Source: Octopus sinensis
Lineage: Eukaryota
Reading direction: 5' to 3'
Length of the DNA stretch: 64,000 nt
Assembly (NCBI RefSeq): GCF_006345805.1
Contig: NC_043006.1
Location: 27,156,001 to 27,220,000, forward strand
Position numbers and translations under genes: made by a program
Part shown: positions 23,785-36,944 of the stretch, in pieces
Numbering within the stretch: the first letter of the stretch is position 1
How the letters are laid out: each line of letters begins with the position of its first letter
The notes under the pieces: model-generated
Database searches by the model: none
Seen by the model: the letters and a program-made list of their open reading frames with translations, nothing else
What the model was told of the DNA's origin: nothing

Positions 23785-24300
23785 GGTGCATTCCAGATGT
23801 TTTAGGATCTTTTTTTTTTTAAGTGGGGCAGTGATAGTTGTCCTAGATTACTGTAATTTTAGTGTATCATTACTATACACCTAATAAGCTGTCCTTATTC
23901 CAGATTGAAGGAGACAGCTGTAACAGCAGTTTGAACACATCATGTTAAAACACTGCTTGCCACTGTTGACTAGTTCATGGAATGTAACTGGAATGTCAAT
24001 AAAGTTTTGTGTTAAACTTGGTGAAAATACTACAGAAACTTATGAATTGTCGAATTAATTTGCATGAACTGAGCATGTTTTTTCATTGGCACAAGAGGCC
24101 AAGCAAAGCAAGTCAACTAGGATGCCTATGATGTTTCATTTTTCAACTGAAAGGGTATCATCTATACTATTATATGTCCTGGATACCTTCACTTTGGAGA
24201 ACTTACATGATGCTGTCACAGCAAGGCTGAAGTGCTACAACAAATGTATTGAAGTCAGAGGATCCTACTTTGAAGGAGATTAGAGTTTTGTACTTCTTTG
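23540..24300. mobile_element. mariner-derived fragments with a ~50-bp inverted pair
   Basis: atgtgttcaaactgctgttacagctgtctccttcaatctggaataag (about 23543-23589) has its reverse complement at about 23894-23940. The 3' part encodes KCIEVRGSYFEGD*. Confidence 0.6.
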
Positions 24301-24304
24301 AAAT

Positions 24305-24710
24305 AGGTGCAGGAGTGGCTGTGTGGTAAGTAGCTTGCTTACCAACCACGTGGCATCTTAGGCAAGGGTCTTCTGCTATAGCCCCGGGCCGACCAATGCC
24401 TTGTGAGTGGATTTGGTAGATGGAAACTGAAAGAAGCCTGTCGTATATATGTATATATATATATATATGTATGTGTGTGTATATGTTTGTGTGTTTGTCT
24501 GTGTTTGTCCCCCTAGCATTGCTTGACAACCGATGCTGGTGTGTTTACGTCCCCATCACTTAGCGGTTCGGCAAAAGAGACCGATAGAATAAGTATTGGG
24601 CTTACAAAGTATAAGTCCCGGGGTCGATTTGCTCGACTAAAGGCGGTGCTCCAGGATGGCCACAGTCAAATGACTGAAACAAGTAAAAGAGTAAAAGAGA
24701 GTCTCTCTTG
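24305..24710 (+). mobile_element. tRNA-derived SINE
   Basis: aggtgcaggagtggctgtgtggtaagtagcttg head, ending gactgaaacaagtaaaagag. Confidence 0.8.
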
Positions 24711-24940
24711 AAAAAGTCCCAAAACTTCTGGTATTCACTTTGTATATTAAAAATGAGTGTTGGAATAACCATAAAACAACAAACACTGACTAAAGAAAGG
24801 ATTCAGTATGTGTTTAGAGTCAAATATTAAACCCCCACCACCACCACCACCATACACACACACATACACACAACAATGTTCCAGGATAGCAAGACCCAAA
24901 TGCCTGAAAACAAAAACAAAAAAAAAAGTATAATATTTAC

Positions 24941-25181
24941 ATAAGCATTATTTGAAGAGGTGAAATAAATGGAATCCAATTGGAGATTTCCATGAATCAA
25001 GCATTCCTTGGTAAAATGGAAAACATTCTTCATGTCTTTCACTGCTGTTGACACAATGGGTTTCTCATTCACTCTTTTAAGGGTTTCTTCTATGATATGG
25101 TCTTCTTCAATTAATCTGTTGTTTTTTTGGAATGGTGCCACAAATGTAAGCTGTTCCACAATGTCTTGGCAATGTTGTGTT
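24941..25181 (-). CDS. MtnK-like gene, exon 5 (catalytic loop)
   Basis: tttctacag|A ACA...TAT|gtaaat, phase 2-0. Encodes TQHCQDIVEQLTFVAPFQKNNR...KDMKNVFHFTKECLIHGNLQLDSIYFTSSNNAY, cf. MtnK MCEITEDLFFNDPY and LKHRFF...EALLHGDIHSGSIFV. Confidence 0.85.
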
Positions 25182-25412
25182 CTGTAGAAAGAAATCAGAA
25201 AGGTCACTATAATACAGTTAGGGAGCATTCAAAAAGCTAAATAAAAATAATTATGTAGCAAGTGAAAAGAAAAATCATATTGTTTCCATTTTACCAGCAA
25301 ATACAGGAGACAATTCCAAATATGTTCCAATTTTATTTTGATCTCATTATCATATATTCATTTTCAGTGAATAAATAACTTAAAATAAAGAATAAAGTTA
25401 AATTCAAAACAG

Positions 25413-25960
25413 AATATGAGGTCTGATCAAAAAGTACTGGGACTGGTGCCATAAAAAAAAAAAAATTACAACGCATATGAATTCAGTATTTAATCTCCTT
25501 TGAAGTAGTCCCCTTCTGAAGCCACACACTTAATCTAGCATCATTTCCATTGATGGAAGCATTCCTGAAACTCCTTTTATGGGATAGTGAATAGCTACCT
25601 CATTGCATTCTCTTGGGTTTTCTTCATGTCATTAAATTTTGTTCCTTTCAAGTGGGATTCTTTCCAAGCTTTGGTTTTGGGGTCATAGGCATAGACCCAT
25701 GATTTGATACCTATTATGACCCTTTTCAAAAAGTTTTTGTCTTCCTTGACACAATGAGATCCTGCACAGTTGAAACCCAATATTTTTGAGATGACCACAT
25801 TCTGCACATATCACTTCCAAGCACTGCTATAAATAACAAGTGAGTGAGAATGTTATACCTTAGTGTGCATGTGCAACAGAGTTCAAGGTCGATATTTTGG
25901 TTTGTTTCCAAATGTCTTATTATTTCTGAAAATGATTGTGCCTAGTGGACTTAATGTTCA
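25413..25960. mobile_element. mariner remnant
   Basis: TIR-like tatgaggtctgatcaaaaagtactggga, followed by decayed mariner C-terminal sequence on the minus strand. Confidence 0.55.
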
Positions 25961-26549
25961 TCCAGCTCCCTACCCTATGACATACAGTCTCCTATCCAAA
26001 GTATGGCCACATTAGACACAGGGAAATTATGTGATACATATAAAAGTAAAAAAAAAAAGTGCATCTTAACATGCCAGCAAATATGTCTTTTGTTGTATCT
26101 TCATCTAAAACCTGTTGCTATGAACACTTTCTAGAATATAATTTGTGTATATCATCATCGTCATCATCATCATTATCATCATTTTATGTCCATTTTCTAT
26201 GTTAGCATGGGTTTGACAGTTTCAGAGAGCTGCACCAAGCTCCAGTTGCCTATTTTGGCTTGGTTTCTATGGCTGGATGCCCTTCCTAATGTCAACCACT
26301 TTAAAGAGCGTACTGAGTGTCTTTTATATGTCACCAGCACAGATCATATCCAGCACTGGATATGATCAGAATTTCATGTAGCTTGATGTGTCCTCTCAAG
26401 CACAGCAAGTCACCAGAAGTCTTGGTCACTTGTCATTGCCTCTATAAACAATTATTCATATACATGCACAAGCTCATGTATGTATATTTATAAATGCATA
26501 CAAATCTAGAAACATATATGTGTAAATGCATGAATGTGTGTGAGTGTAT

Positions 26550-26810
26550 ATTTATATATATAAAACTCTGTCTGTCTGTGTGCATCACTAAAACTTGAGA
26601 ATTATCCAACAGATTTCATTAAAATTTTAGACAGGCTTTACTTAGTGTCCATACAATGTCATGGGCCAAAAACATTTTCAGCTTCTTACCTAATGCAAGC
26701 CTGGTACAATCTCTCATCTCTTACACTGTTTCCATATTACGTGTCAAAAATGCAACATCTCGATTAATACTTTCACTATTATATGATTTCAATGTCAATT
26801 ACTTTCCTTA
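26550..26810 (+). mobile_element. Helitron-like non-autonomous repeat
   Basis: tatatataaaactctgtctgtctgtg start. A related copy lies in reverse at 50990-51230. Confidence 0.45.
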
Positions 26811-26885
26811 TGTATCTATATATATATATTAGTTTCATACCTATTACTTTCAATTTGTATTTATATACATGTTTGTATATGTATG

Positions 26886-26930
<45 letters not shown>

Positions 26931-26944
26931 TATATATATGAATC

Positions 26945-28330
26945 ATGAACAAAATAGAATTTCATAAGTCTTTTAACACTTTCCAACAGAAACTGAAAAA
27001 AGATATCAAATACATAAAGAATTCCCCAAAAAATGTAGAAAACAGTACATATTCCCAACTCCTACACAACAACATTATTAATAATTACACTAAAGCTAGG
27101 GCACAAATTTATAACGAAATTAATAAAGAAGCTAGCATCATCAATGCTAGATGTAAATTTAATATAAAGAGGCCTTTATAGCTATTAAAGACCATAAAAA
27201 GAACTTTCTATCTAATCCTAAATGTAAGCTTATTAGCCCAGCTAAATCAGAAATTGGTATTATTAGTAAAGAAATTTTAGGAAAAATCAATGCAAAAGTC
27301 AGAAATGTTACTAGGTTACTCAATGGTCCAATAGTATAGAAGTCATTGACTGGTTTAAAGCCATTAGGAATAAGAATAAAGTCAGATTTATGCAATTCAA
27401 TATTGCCGATTTCTATGCCTCTATCTCTAAGGAACTGCTAGATAAAGCCCTCACCTTCAGAAGCGAATTTATAGAAATTAGTACACAAGATAAGGACATA
27501 ATCTTCCCTGCTAGAAAGACTTTATTCTTCAGTGAGAATGCAAAGTGGGTCAAGACTACTGATACAGAGGGTGCTTTCGATGTGAGCATGGGGTTATATG
27601 ATGGAGCAAGCATATGTGATCTCATTGGACTATTCCTACTCGATACATTGGGCAAGACTTTTCCTAAAGTATATTTCACCATTTACAAAGATGATGCCCT
27701 AGCTTTAACCACAAATGCCAATGGACCATCACAAGATCAGTTTAGGAAGGACATTATCCAAATGATGAAACTTTTGGTCTTAGCATAACTACAGATACCA
27801 ACCTGATGGTTGCCAATTTCCTAGATGTATCCTTAGATTTAAATAAGAATATTTACAAACTTTATAGGAAGCCCAACGATAGACTTAGTTATATTAATGT
27901 AGGTTCCTGCCATCCCCCCATAGTATTTAAAAATTTAGTTAAAAACATTAGCAAAAGAATTTCTAGCCTCTCCTCCAATAGGGACATTTTTAATAGCATT
28001 GCCCCAGTATATAATAATGCTCTAAAAGATAGTGAGTTTAGTGAGGAAATAACCTATACACCTGTTACCAGTCCAATAATAAAGAAAAGGAAACATAGGA
28101 ATAGGAAAACTATCTGGTTCACACACCCCTAATTCCCTGAAGTGACCTTTAAGATAGGTAAATATTTCTTATCGCTTATAGAGACATTTTCCAGTCAATC
28201 ATAGTTACAGAAAGCTCTTCAATAGACATAACTTAAAAATCAGTTTTAGCTCAACTACTAATTTTAAAAATATAATCGCACACGACACACAAAAACAACC
28301 TCTCCTACCCATGGATTACACTGGACTCTC
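26945..28330 (+). mobile_element. Penelope-like retroelement RT remnant
   Basis: QFNIADFYASIS, FDVSMGLYDGASICDLIG, IYKDDAL, FLDVSLDL, YINVGSCHPP and RNRKTIWF motifs, with frameshifts. Confidence 0.75.
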
Positions 28331-28759
28331 CCATTGATGAGAAATCACTCCAATACACCATGATGTTTGAACCTTTTGAGCTTTTCTAAACTTTTGTACT
28401 TTCTGCTTTTTCCTATTGTCGTTTCTCTTAATCCGTACTTGTTACCTTGCTTCTCTCTCCCTCCCTTTCTTTTTCCCTTTTGTCTTCTCTTCTTCCTTTC
28501 TTCCCCTTTCTCTTTATTTCTTCCTTCTTCCTCCTTCTCCCTCTCTTGTTTTTATTTTTTTGTCTCCTCCCACCTCTTGTATTTTTTCTCCTTAAGCCAT
28601 TTGCATTTTTTCTTCTCATGCCTTTTGCATTTTTCTCCCTACATATTTTGAAATTTTCCCCCTCACATCTTTATTACCTTTCTCTCCCCGTCTCTTTTTC
28701 CTTTTTGCTCCTTTCTCTCTCTTTTCTTCTCATTTTTCAATCATGCCTGATTACAAACC

Positions 28760-29700
28760 TTTCCTCCTCAACCTTCACCACTGCCTAAAAAACTACCTTT
28801 CCATACCTCCTTTCCACTGCTTTCAACCTTCTATTAACCTTTCCCTACTAATTTTCAAAAAACATGCTTCTGCAGTTACCTTTCATTTCTCGGTTGCTGC
28901 CTTCATCACTGTCTCATCCCTAAAGGTTTCCGCCTCCAGTTCCACCCCACTCTCCACTCTGCTTCAACCATCCTACCCATACACCGCACTACATCCTATC
29001 GCCTTATGCACGCCACCATTCGTTCTAATCTCTCCAAAATACACACCATCGACCGCCTTCTCCCTCTGGCTTTTTCCATGTTCTTCTCCTCTCAATAGCC
29101 GTCCCATGCTAACACTACTTTACATTACATAATTTATTTAAATCATCTCTTTCATCAATTTCTCACTTACACCAAACAATGTAAACTCCACTCACTCCTC
29201 CATTCCATCACACCCGATGCCACTATCCCAAATCCTCCCTTACACCTCTCCCCCTGGTATGTTCCCCCACCCTCACCAAACCCCCAGTCACTCCCAACCT
29301 CCACCCACATACCCCCTCCCAGCCATCTACCCTTTGACCACCTCTCCTACTCCTGTCCCATCCACCTCTTCTCCACTTCAGTGTGTTGTTACCATCCCTC
29401 CAGATCTTCCCCTCTCTGAGGTGGAGCACTCCCTCCTCAGTAGGGGTCACCACTACTTTATTATCTCCCCTTCTTCTTTGCTTTCCTGTGTGACCCCTTT
29501 GTCCAGCATTTGCCATGATAGATCGCTAGCCACTATACTTTTTCTATTTTCTCTCCCTGTCTATTTCTGTGTTCCTTTTCATCAAAGAGCATAGGCTTAA
29601 AACGTAAAAGACTTTCTCACTTCCTGAGCATTAAACTAATACATGTTTGTTGTTTACACACCCGTGTTTGTCTTTTGTGTTTTTGTAAATTCTCACTATA
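28760..29700 (+). mobile_element. Pyrimidine-rich Penelope-like repeat with a terminal pLTR-type segment
   Basis: Ends gagcataggcttaaaacgtaaaagactttctcacttcctgagcattaaactaataca. Related to purine-rich blocks at 3240-3420, 22380-22600 and 54560-55040. Confidence 0.5.
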
Positions 29701-31307
29701 TGTATATATTTATATTTTTGCATATATGTATATATATAAATATATATATATATGTATATGTGTATATATATGTGTGTGTGATTATATATATGTATATATC
29801 TATGTATGTATGTATATGAATGTATGTATGTGTATATATATAAGTATCTACTACATATGTGGGAAATTCTGTCTGTGGATGTGTTTGTAGAGTTGTTATC
29901 TAACTCCTCCTACATCATTTCATCGCTTTTGATGAAACTTGACACTTGAGCATAACTCATGTCTGGAAACCTCATGGCATACTCAGATTGTTGAAAAAAT
30001 TGATAATAGGGCCCCTGGAAGGGATCCTTATATATATCTGATATATATCAAGGGAAATAACCCATTCCTTTTCCTAAATTATTTGGTGAAAATGAAATTG
30101 AGTATGCCTATTTCTTAGTATTTGAACTGTTAGACTTATTTTCACAATTTATTCAGTACAACCCTTAAACAAGTAAAGAGTATTTTCTTAAACAATAGAT
30201 CCACTTATTTACAAATATACTAACACTAGCGCCCCCAGGGTAATTCTCTGGGAATGAACAAAAGCCCTTTTCAGAGTTATCTAATTTGAATTGTTATTAT
30301 CTCATATCTAATTAGCCTATTATTATGTAACATGCTTCACGATTTTAGTATACATACCTCATTAGTATTTCCTCCTATGTTCTATATACTCTGGGAATGT
30401 ATTAAAGCCCTTTTGGAGCTACTTTATTTGAATTCTTACTATCGGGTAACTAATTTCATGTTATTACATAACAGACTTCACAATTTGGGTATTCATAACT
30501 TATTGGGGATTCCTAAAATCCCGATCCTGTGTAAGACAGTTTGGTATTCTCTGTAAATACACAAAAAACTGTTTTAAGGGCTACATACTTTGTATGGTTG
30601 TTATTGGATTAGCAAAACAATTATGAGAATGGAACCAAGGGATAAGCTTTGCTTTCCTGGGAATTACCAGGTATGGCAGCTAGTATATATATAAAGAGGT
30701 GAGAACTGAAATCCTTATACTTTATTTAATCTATGTATATTTATGTGTGCATATATATATGTGTGTATGTATATGTATGTATGTATGTATATTTAGGTAC
30801 ATATATATGGATGTATATGTATATATATGTATATATGTATGTATATACATGTCTATATATGTATGCCATCATCATCGTTTAACGTCTGATGATGATGATG
30901 ACATATACATATATAGACACATATATACATACATATATATATATACATATATATATATGTACATAACTATACATACATATACATACACATATATCTATAT
31001 ATGCACACATAAATATACATACATATGTGTATGTATACAGGTGTTGGACAAAATAATGGAAACATCTTAAAATTTCAAATAGAAATAGTTATCAATTTTC
31101 TCTCTAATTACTTCCTACTGTTTCGAAAAGCAAGTACATTAGATAATGTAGTGCCAGATGTTTTCAGAGGCCATAAAATGAGTTATGGACACTACTCTTC
31201 TGACAAAACAATAAAAAGGTAAGAATAAAAACCCTACATAGGCTGACCAAAGCATTTTGAATGAGTGGATTTGGTAAATGAAAACTGAAAGAAGCCTGTT
31301 GTATATA

Positions 31308-32557
31308 CAGGAGTTGGACAAAATAATGGAAACACCTTAAGATTTCAAACCAATTTATTTTAATATGGGGTAGGACCGCCTTTGACAGTAATTACAGCTT
31401 GAATTCTATGAGGTATGGACTTGTACAAAGTTTGAATTGTTTCCAAAGGAATTTTTGTCCATTCTTCAGCTAAAACAGTCTCCAGTTCTTGATGGTGGAG
31501 GATATGAACTCCTTACTTGTTTTTCTAAAATGCAACATAAATGTTTCTTATAGAGATCTGGGGACTGTGGTGGCCAGATAAAATATTCAACTTCACTAGA
31601 ATGTTCCTCATGCCATTCAGCAACAACTTTAGCTGTGTGAATTGGTGCATTATCATCCTGAAAGATTGTGTTCCTCTCCAGAAACAGTTCCGCAACCATA
31701 GGATAAATTTGATCAGATAAAATGCTTAAATAGTCTTGACTATCAATTCTGCCAAGAAGGGAAACCATTGGGCCAGCGAATTTCCAAGATATAGCTCCCA
31801 CCAGATCATCACAGATCCTCCTCCATGTTTAACAATTGGAAGAAGGCAGTCTGGGTCAAATACTTCTTTTGGCTGTCTCCACATGTGTACTCAGCCGGTG
31901 GTTGGAAATAAGGTAAAGAATGACTCATCCAAGAAAATAACATTCTTTCACTGCTCTAGGGACCAATTCTGTAGGTTTTTACTCTACTCTAAACACTTTG
32001 CAACGTTTGTTTTTGTAAGTAGTGGTTTCCTGATTGCAGCCCTCCTGTGAAATGCTGCTTTGTGCAGCTTCCAGCGAACAGTTTTTGTGGAAACTGGGTT
32101 CTTGAGGTGGCTATTAAGCTCTGCAGTAACTTTGTGATCCTTTCTAACAATTTGTGTAAGAGTCAGACAGTCCCTTTCTGGAAGTTTTGGTTTTCTTCCA
32201 GAGTTTTGTTTCAATAAGGAGGTTTTTTTCTTCTTTCTCAAAGGCTGTCATTACTTTTGAGACAGTACTTCTTGAGACACCAAACATTTTGACTGTTTTC
32301 ATTACGCTAGCATCTGCCATATGAGCACCAACAATTTGATCTCTTTGAAAGTCTGATAGATCTGTCATTTTAATGAATTTTAATTACCTTTTTCTGATGA
32401 TATCTGAAAAGAAACAGTAATTTTAGCAAAACATGTTAAGCAACACTAATAATAAATAAAAAAACATAAAAATGAACAAGCTTTTGACAGTTTTATAGAT
32501 ATTTCAAAATTATGATGCTACGATGCTAAGTGTTTCCATTATTTTGTCCAACCTATG
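31308..32557 (-). mobile_element. Tc1-like (DD34E) transposon, near full length, decayed
   Basis: TIRs TA|caggagttggacaaaataatggaaacac and gtgtttccattattttgtccaac. HTH LSDFQRDQIVG...GVSRSTVSKV, SGRKPKL, FQDDNAPIH and WPPQSPDL. Confidence 0.9.
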
Positions 32558-32603
32558 TGTGTGTGTATATATATATCTATATATATATATATTTGTATGT
32601 ATA

Positions 32604-32636
<33 letters not shown>

Positions 32637-33031
32637 GTATTTATGTATATGTGTATATATATATATATATGTATATGTGTGTGTATATATATATATATAT
32701 ATATGTATGTATATGTGTGTGTATATATATATATATATATATGTATATAAATATATGTATATATACATATATATATATATGTGTGTGTGTGTCTCTGTGT
32801 GTGTGTGCTTATACCCCCATATACATACATATACATATCGGTTTGGCAAAAGACACTGATAGAATAAGTACTAGGGTTACAAAGAATAAATCCTGTGGTC
32901 TATTTTTTCGACAAAAGGCAGTGCTCCAACATGGCAGCAGTCACATCACTGAAACAAGTAAAACAATAAAAAATCTATGCCATTTTAATCCCAAGCAAGG
33001 CCGGGTATCTCGGCTAGTTTATATATATATA

Positions 33032-33088
<57 letters not shown>

Positions 33089-33554
33089 GTAAGCATACAT
33101 ATATATATTGAAAGCTGAAATGTTCTCTAAAAGCTTTGCGTTTTTGATCTTTGGACAACAACATCAACAGAACAAGAAAAGCCAGTGCAAATGATAGCAT
33201 TCAATGCCTTGTCATTGCTTGAGTAAAACAGTAATATGATGTTTACATTTTTTGTTGACTTTTCAACATTTTGCTCTACACTTCTGAAGACCAGTGGAAT
33301 AAAATGTGCCCTATTTGAAAAATAAGGATTGACAACAAAACAGGCATCTAGCCACAAAATGCTGCCTCAAATTGTCTTCATCCATTTCATGCTAGCATGG
33401 AAAAATAGACATTAAATGAATGAACAAACCAATAAATTTACTTTTAGACAATAGACAGAATACAAGACAAGATGTAACAAGAATTTCAATTTTGCTTTTT
33501 GTAGATTTGAAACAAAGGGGTAGATTAAAGTTAAAAAGAATAATCCATACTTAC

Positions 33555-33726
33555 TGTAATTGGGCTTCTAGATCTTCAAGATACTCTGTTTTATTATATT
33601 GCAAATGAGTTGCTTTATGAATCATTGCCAAACTGTCAACAATAGCTGCAGCTAAATCTAGAGAAAAATCTTTATTCTTCAGTCTCTCTCTTAGACTATG
33701 CTGAAGTGGGAACTTCTCGAGAAATG
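33555..33726 (-). CDS. MtnK-like gene, exon 4
   Basis: Long polypyrimidine tract, aactag|CA TTT...TTA CA|gtaagt, phase 1-2. Encodes (A)FLEKFPLQHSLRERLKNKDFSLDLAAAIVDSLAMIHKATHLQYNKTEYLEDLEAQL. Confidence 0.8.
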
Positions 33727-35419
33727 CTAGTTAATTATAGAAGTAAAAAATGACAAAATAAAAGAAAGACAGAAACATGAAAAAAAGTCTTGTTATATTT
33801 CAATCCACATCTAAGTTGTTTTTTAAGAATATTAAATTAATCCTAGAATTTGATTGGTTCTTGATAAAATTTATAGACCCTTGGAAAATGAAAAGTAAAA
33901 TTGACTCCTGTGGATTTGAACTCAGAATTAATGTGAAAAGAAAAGTTAAAGTCTGTCTCCAGCATATGATATTGAAGCAGCTGAAACCATAAAATTACCC
34001 TGTGATAGAAACACCAGTCTGTAACAAGGTTGACTTCCTGGGTGTCACTGGTTTTCATTTTCAGCCAAATGAACTGAAGCAATATAAAATGAAGTGATTT
34101 GCTTGGGAACACAATGTACCATCTGGTTTGAGAACTCGTCTTCTGTTGACATTTTAGGTAGATATCTAGTAAGCAGTCACCAAATAATACTAATATATAT
34201 TTATAAAGCTCATAGGATAGAGCATTCATACTGGGCAATTTGCACCTCTTGCAACTACGTACTAACTCCTATATTTCAGCAAGTGTTATTGACATTTTGT
34301 AGTACCTTAAGTCTTATGCCAAGAGTTGTCTTAAGCATTAAGTTCACTACAGTCTCTAACCCATCACTTACCCAAAATAGTTAAGCAAAGTGCTGTAGAA
34401 AAGCTGCACACATCTACTTGAGACCAAGTAAAACACACCCATCATGATTTATCAATGATTGAATAGAGGCTCTGTTGCTGTGCCAAACCTCTGCTACCTC
34501 AGTCCTTTGAAAGGCATTTGTAACCTAACGTTTTAGTGCATGCACCTTAGCTTTAACAACATAGACTTTATGTTTTACACCAAAGAAATGGTTGAGGGCC
34601 ATTCTCTCCATCGTCATGTTAGTCACAATACCTTTCCAACTGATAAAGAGAATGTTAATTATATTGTGTATGGCTATGAAATCAATACAGCATTATATTT
34701 TTGGGGAAAACAATGTTAGTTTGCTTGTGCACATGCATTGAAAGAATGTGACGCCAAACAGAACCTAAATGGTTTTAACTAAATTTAATTCTTTTAATTA
34801 TAAAATCATCACAAGTAGAAATTCCATATACTTATTTTGTTCTAATCAATGACACAAGATTAGAAGTAAAAATTAATTTGAGATTTGAGCTCTAACTTTG
34901 GTTAAAGAATACTGGCAGCCAATGTGTCAATGAGCTAGTTTCTTTCCTCAGTTGTAACGACTTCACATATGCTATGGTATGGTATGAACATTACTCTATT
35001 TCCCTATAAATGAAACAAATAAGCTGGGCTCCAGTTTAACTAATAACTTAATGCATTAAAACAGGAAGAAACACTTCTGTGTGTATGTGCTAGTATTGAA
35101 ATGTATTTTATACAGTTAATTATTGCAGCCATTAATTTATAAAACATAATTATATATTATAACAAACTTTAGCACCTAAAATAAACCCACAAACACTAAA
35201 TCATAATACAAATACTTAAACACGCACACGCATGTGCACACACGCACACACGTGCACACACACACACACACATGTATGCAGTTGTCCATAGTTATCTTCT
35301 TTCTCTTATATTTTCAAAGAAATATTCACATCAGTAGGATAGCTGACCTCTATGACAGTACAAGAAAAAGTATGTACCATCACAGAGATCAGCTGTCCTG
35401 CTGATGTGAATAACGTCAT

Positions 35420-35700
35420 CATCATCATCAATGTTTAACATCCATCTTCCATGCATGCATGGGTAGGATGGTTGACAAGAGCTGACCAGGTAGAAAAACT
35501 ACCCTAGGCTACTGTGTCTTTTAGAGTAGTGGACTCAGTGCTTTTTATGTGGCACTAGCACAGGTGAGGTTAGTTTTGGTATGATTTTTACAGCTGAATT
35601 TATGGCTGGATGCCCTTCCAAACACCAACCACATTACAGTGTGGACTGGATGCTTTTAATGTGGCACTAGCACTGGCAGGGTAACCAAATAACTCACAAG
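35420..35700 (-). mobile_element. SINE-type repeat (ggaagggcatccagc family)
   Basis: (CAT)n tail followed by the reverse complement of the 11340-11890 family. Confidence 0.6.
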
Positions 35701-35909
35701 ACGAAGAATTATGAGAGGGGCAGGACATTTGAGGAGGGGAACTTGTGTTAGAGGATGAAAGGTTAGAGTGTGACACAGAGACAGAAGCAGGTGTCTTGCC
35801 ACAACAGAGGGGACATTAGATGAGGTAATCCAGTATCAAATGATGAAAGGTTAGAGTGGAACAGAGAAATAGAGAGGCAGAAATAGGTGTTTCGCTATAG
35901 AAAGAAGAT

Positions 35910-36140
35910 AGCTATGGACAACTGCTTCGAAAACTCCAGCTTCTATATCCAGATTACAAATTTACATTTTTACCAATAATAATAGGAGCATTTGGTTTTG
36001 TAAGTAAATGGCTAACTATCAGTCTGGATAGGCTTGGATTTTTAGAAAAAGAAATCAACCAACTTATTCACACATTACAGACACAATCTGTAAGTAGAAC
36101 AATAAAACTATGCAAGACTTTTCTTAGGCTTAGAATGAAA
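35910..36140 (+). mobile_element. RLE-type non-LTR retrotransposon 3' end
   Basis: YGQLLRKLQLLYPDYKFTFLPIIIGAFGFVSKWL...LQTQSVSRTIKLCKTFL. Confidence 0.65.
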
Positions 36141-36944
36141 CATTGTTTTCACTATCTACATTCCAAAGATGGAGCTTTGTATCTTTATTAGAAACCAGCT
36201 CCTTCTTCAGAGGAAGAATTTAAATGAATAAAAATGGAAGAGACTTAGCAACATTAATAAAAACAATGATCATACCATAATCAATCTAGCTTCAAAACAA
36301 TGGCTCTCTCTTATCGGCAACAGCAAAAATCATCAAGTACACCCAGCCATCATACTCAAAAATATAAATATGCCACACATATAACATACATAGAAAACAT
36401 AGTAAAGAAAGCAAGATGGTGTATAAATATAACATACTTAGATGAACATTGACAAAATACTCAAAAATACCAAATTTGGACAACAGAAACAACAAGAATG
36501 GCTTTTGAAACTATATATTAAAGCTATCATAGATTATTCCAGCCATGTCTGTCACACTCATCTCCTCACAATAACAACTACAATAGAATACTAACTACAC
36601 AAAATAGTGTCCTACAAATCCTAACAGATGGTTTACTAACCACGCCTATATATCACATACACAACACAAAAATACATTTCATGTGCACAGTCTGTTGCTG
36701 CAACAAACTCCACTTCCAACAGTTAGAAATAGTAAACCACATGTCCTGAAAATGGAATGCTGTCTTAATGATGGAAGGTCACAGCTGAAATGTTTTTTGA
36801 TCATTGAGCAGGGTTGACTTGGTTATTGAATTTACTCCACCTGAGAACTTCATCCTTCATTTTGCCAGATCCTTGAATCAATGAATAACTAGATACTATA
36901 ATAGTTCTTCTCAAATAGTAATATTAATAAAAACTCAATGAAAT

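Noticed and set aside
28367-28788. Hydrophobic Phe/Leu/Ser ORFs resembling membrane proteins
   Set aside because: Low-complexity polypyrimidine tract within a repeat.
32510-33118. Long YI/CV-rich ORFs here and at 8396, 29675, 30699, 40071, 44530, 51742 and 53693
   Set aside because: Translations of (TA)n/(CA)n microsatellites.
32985-33200. Signal-peptide-like ORF MLSFALAFLVLLMLL
   Set aside because: Runs directly into a (TA)n tract, with no supporting exons.
33843-34640. Putative extra exons (WKGIVTN...VVKAK; LPSMNALSYEL...)
   Set aside because: Exon 3 (phase 1) joins exon 4 directly and already supplies these regions. Splice signals are weak.
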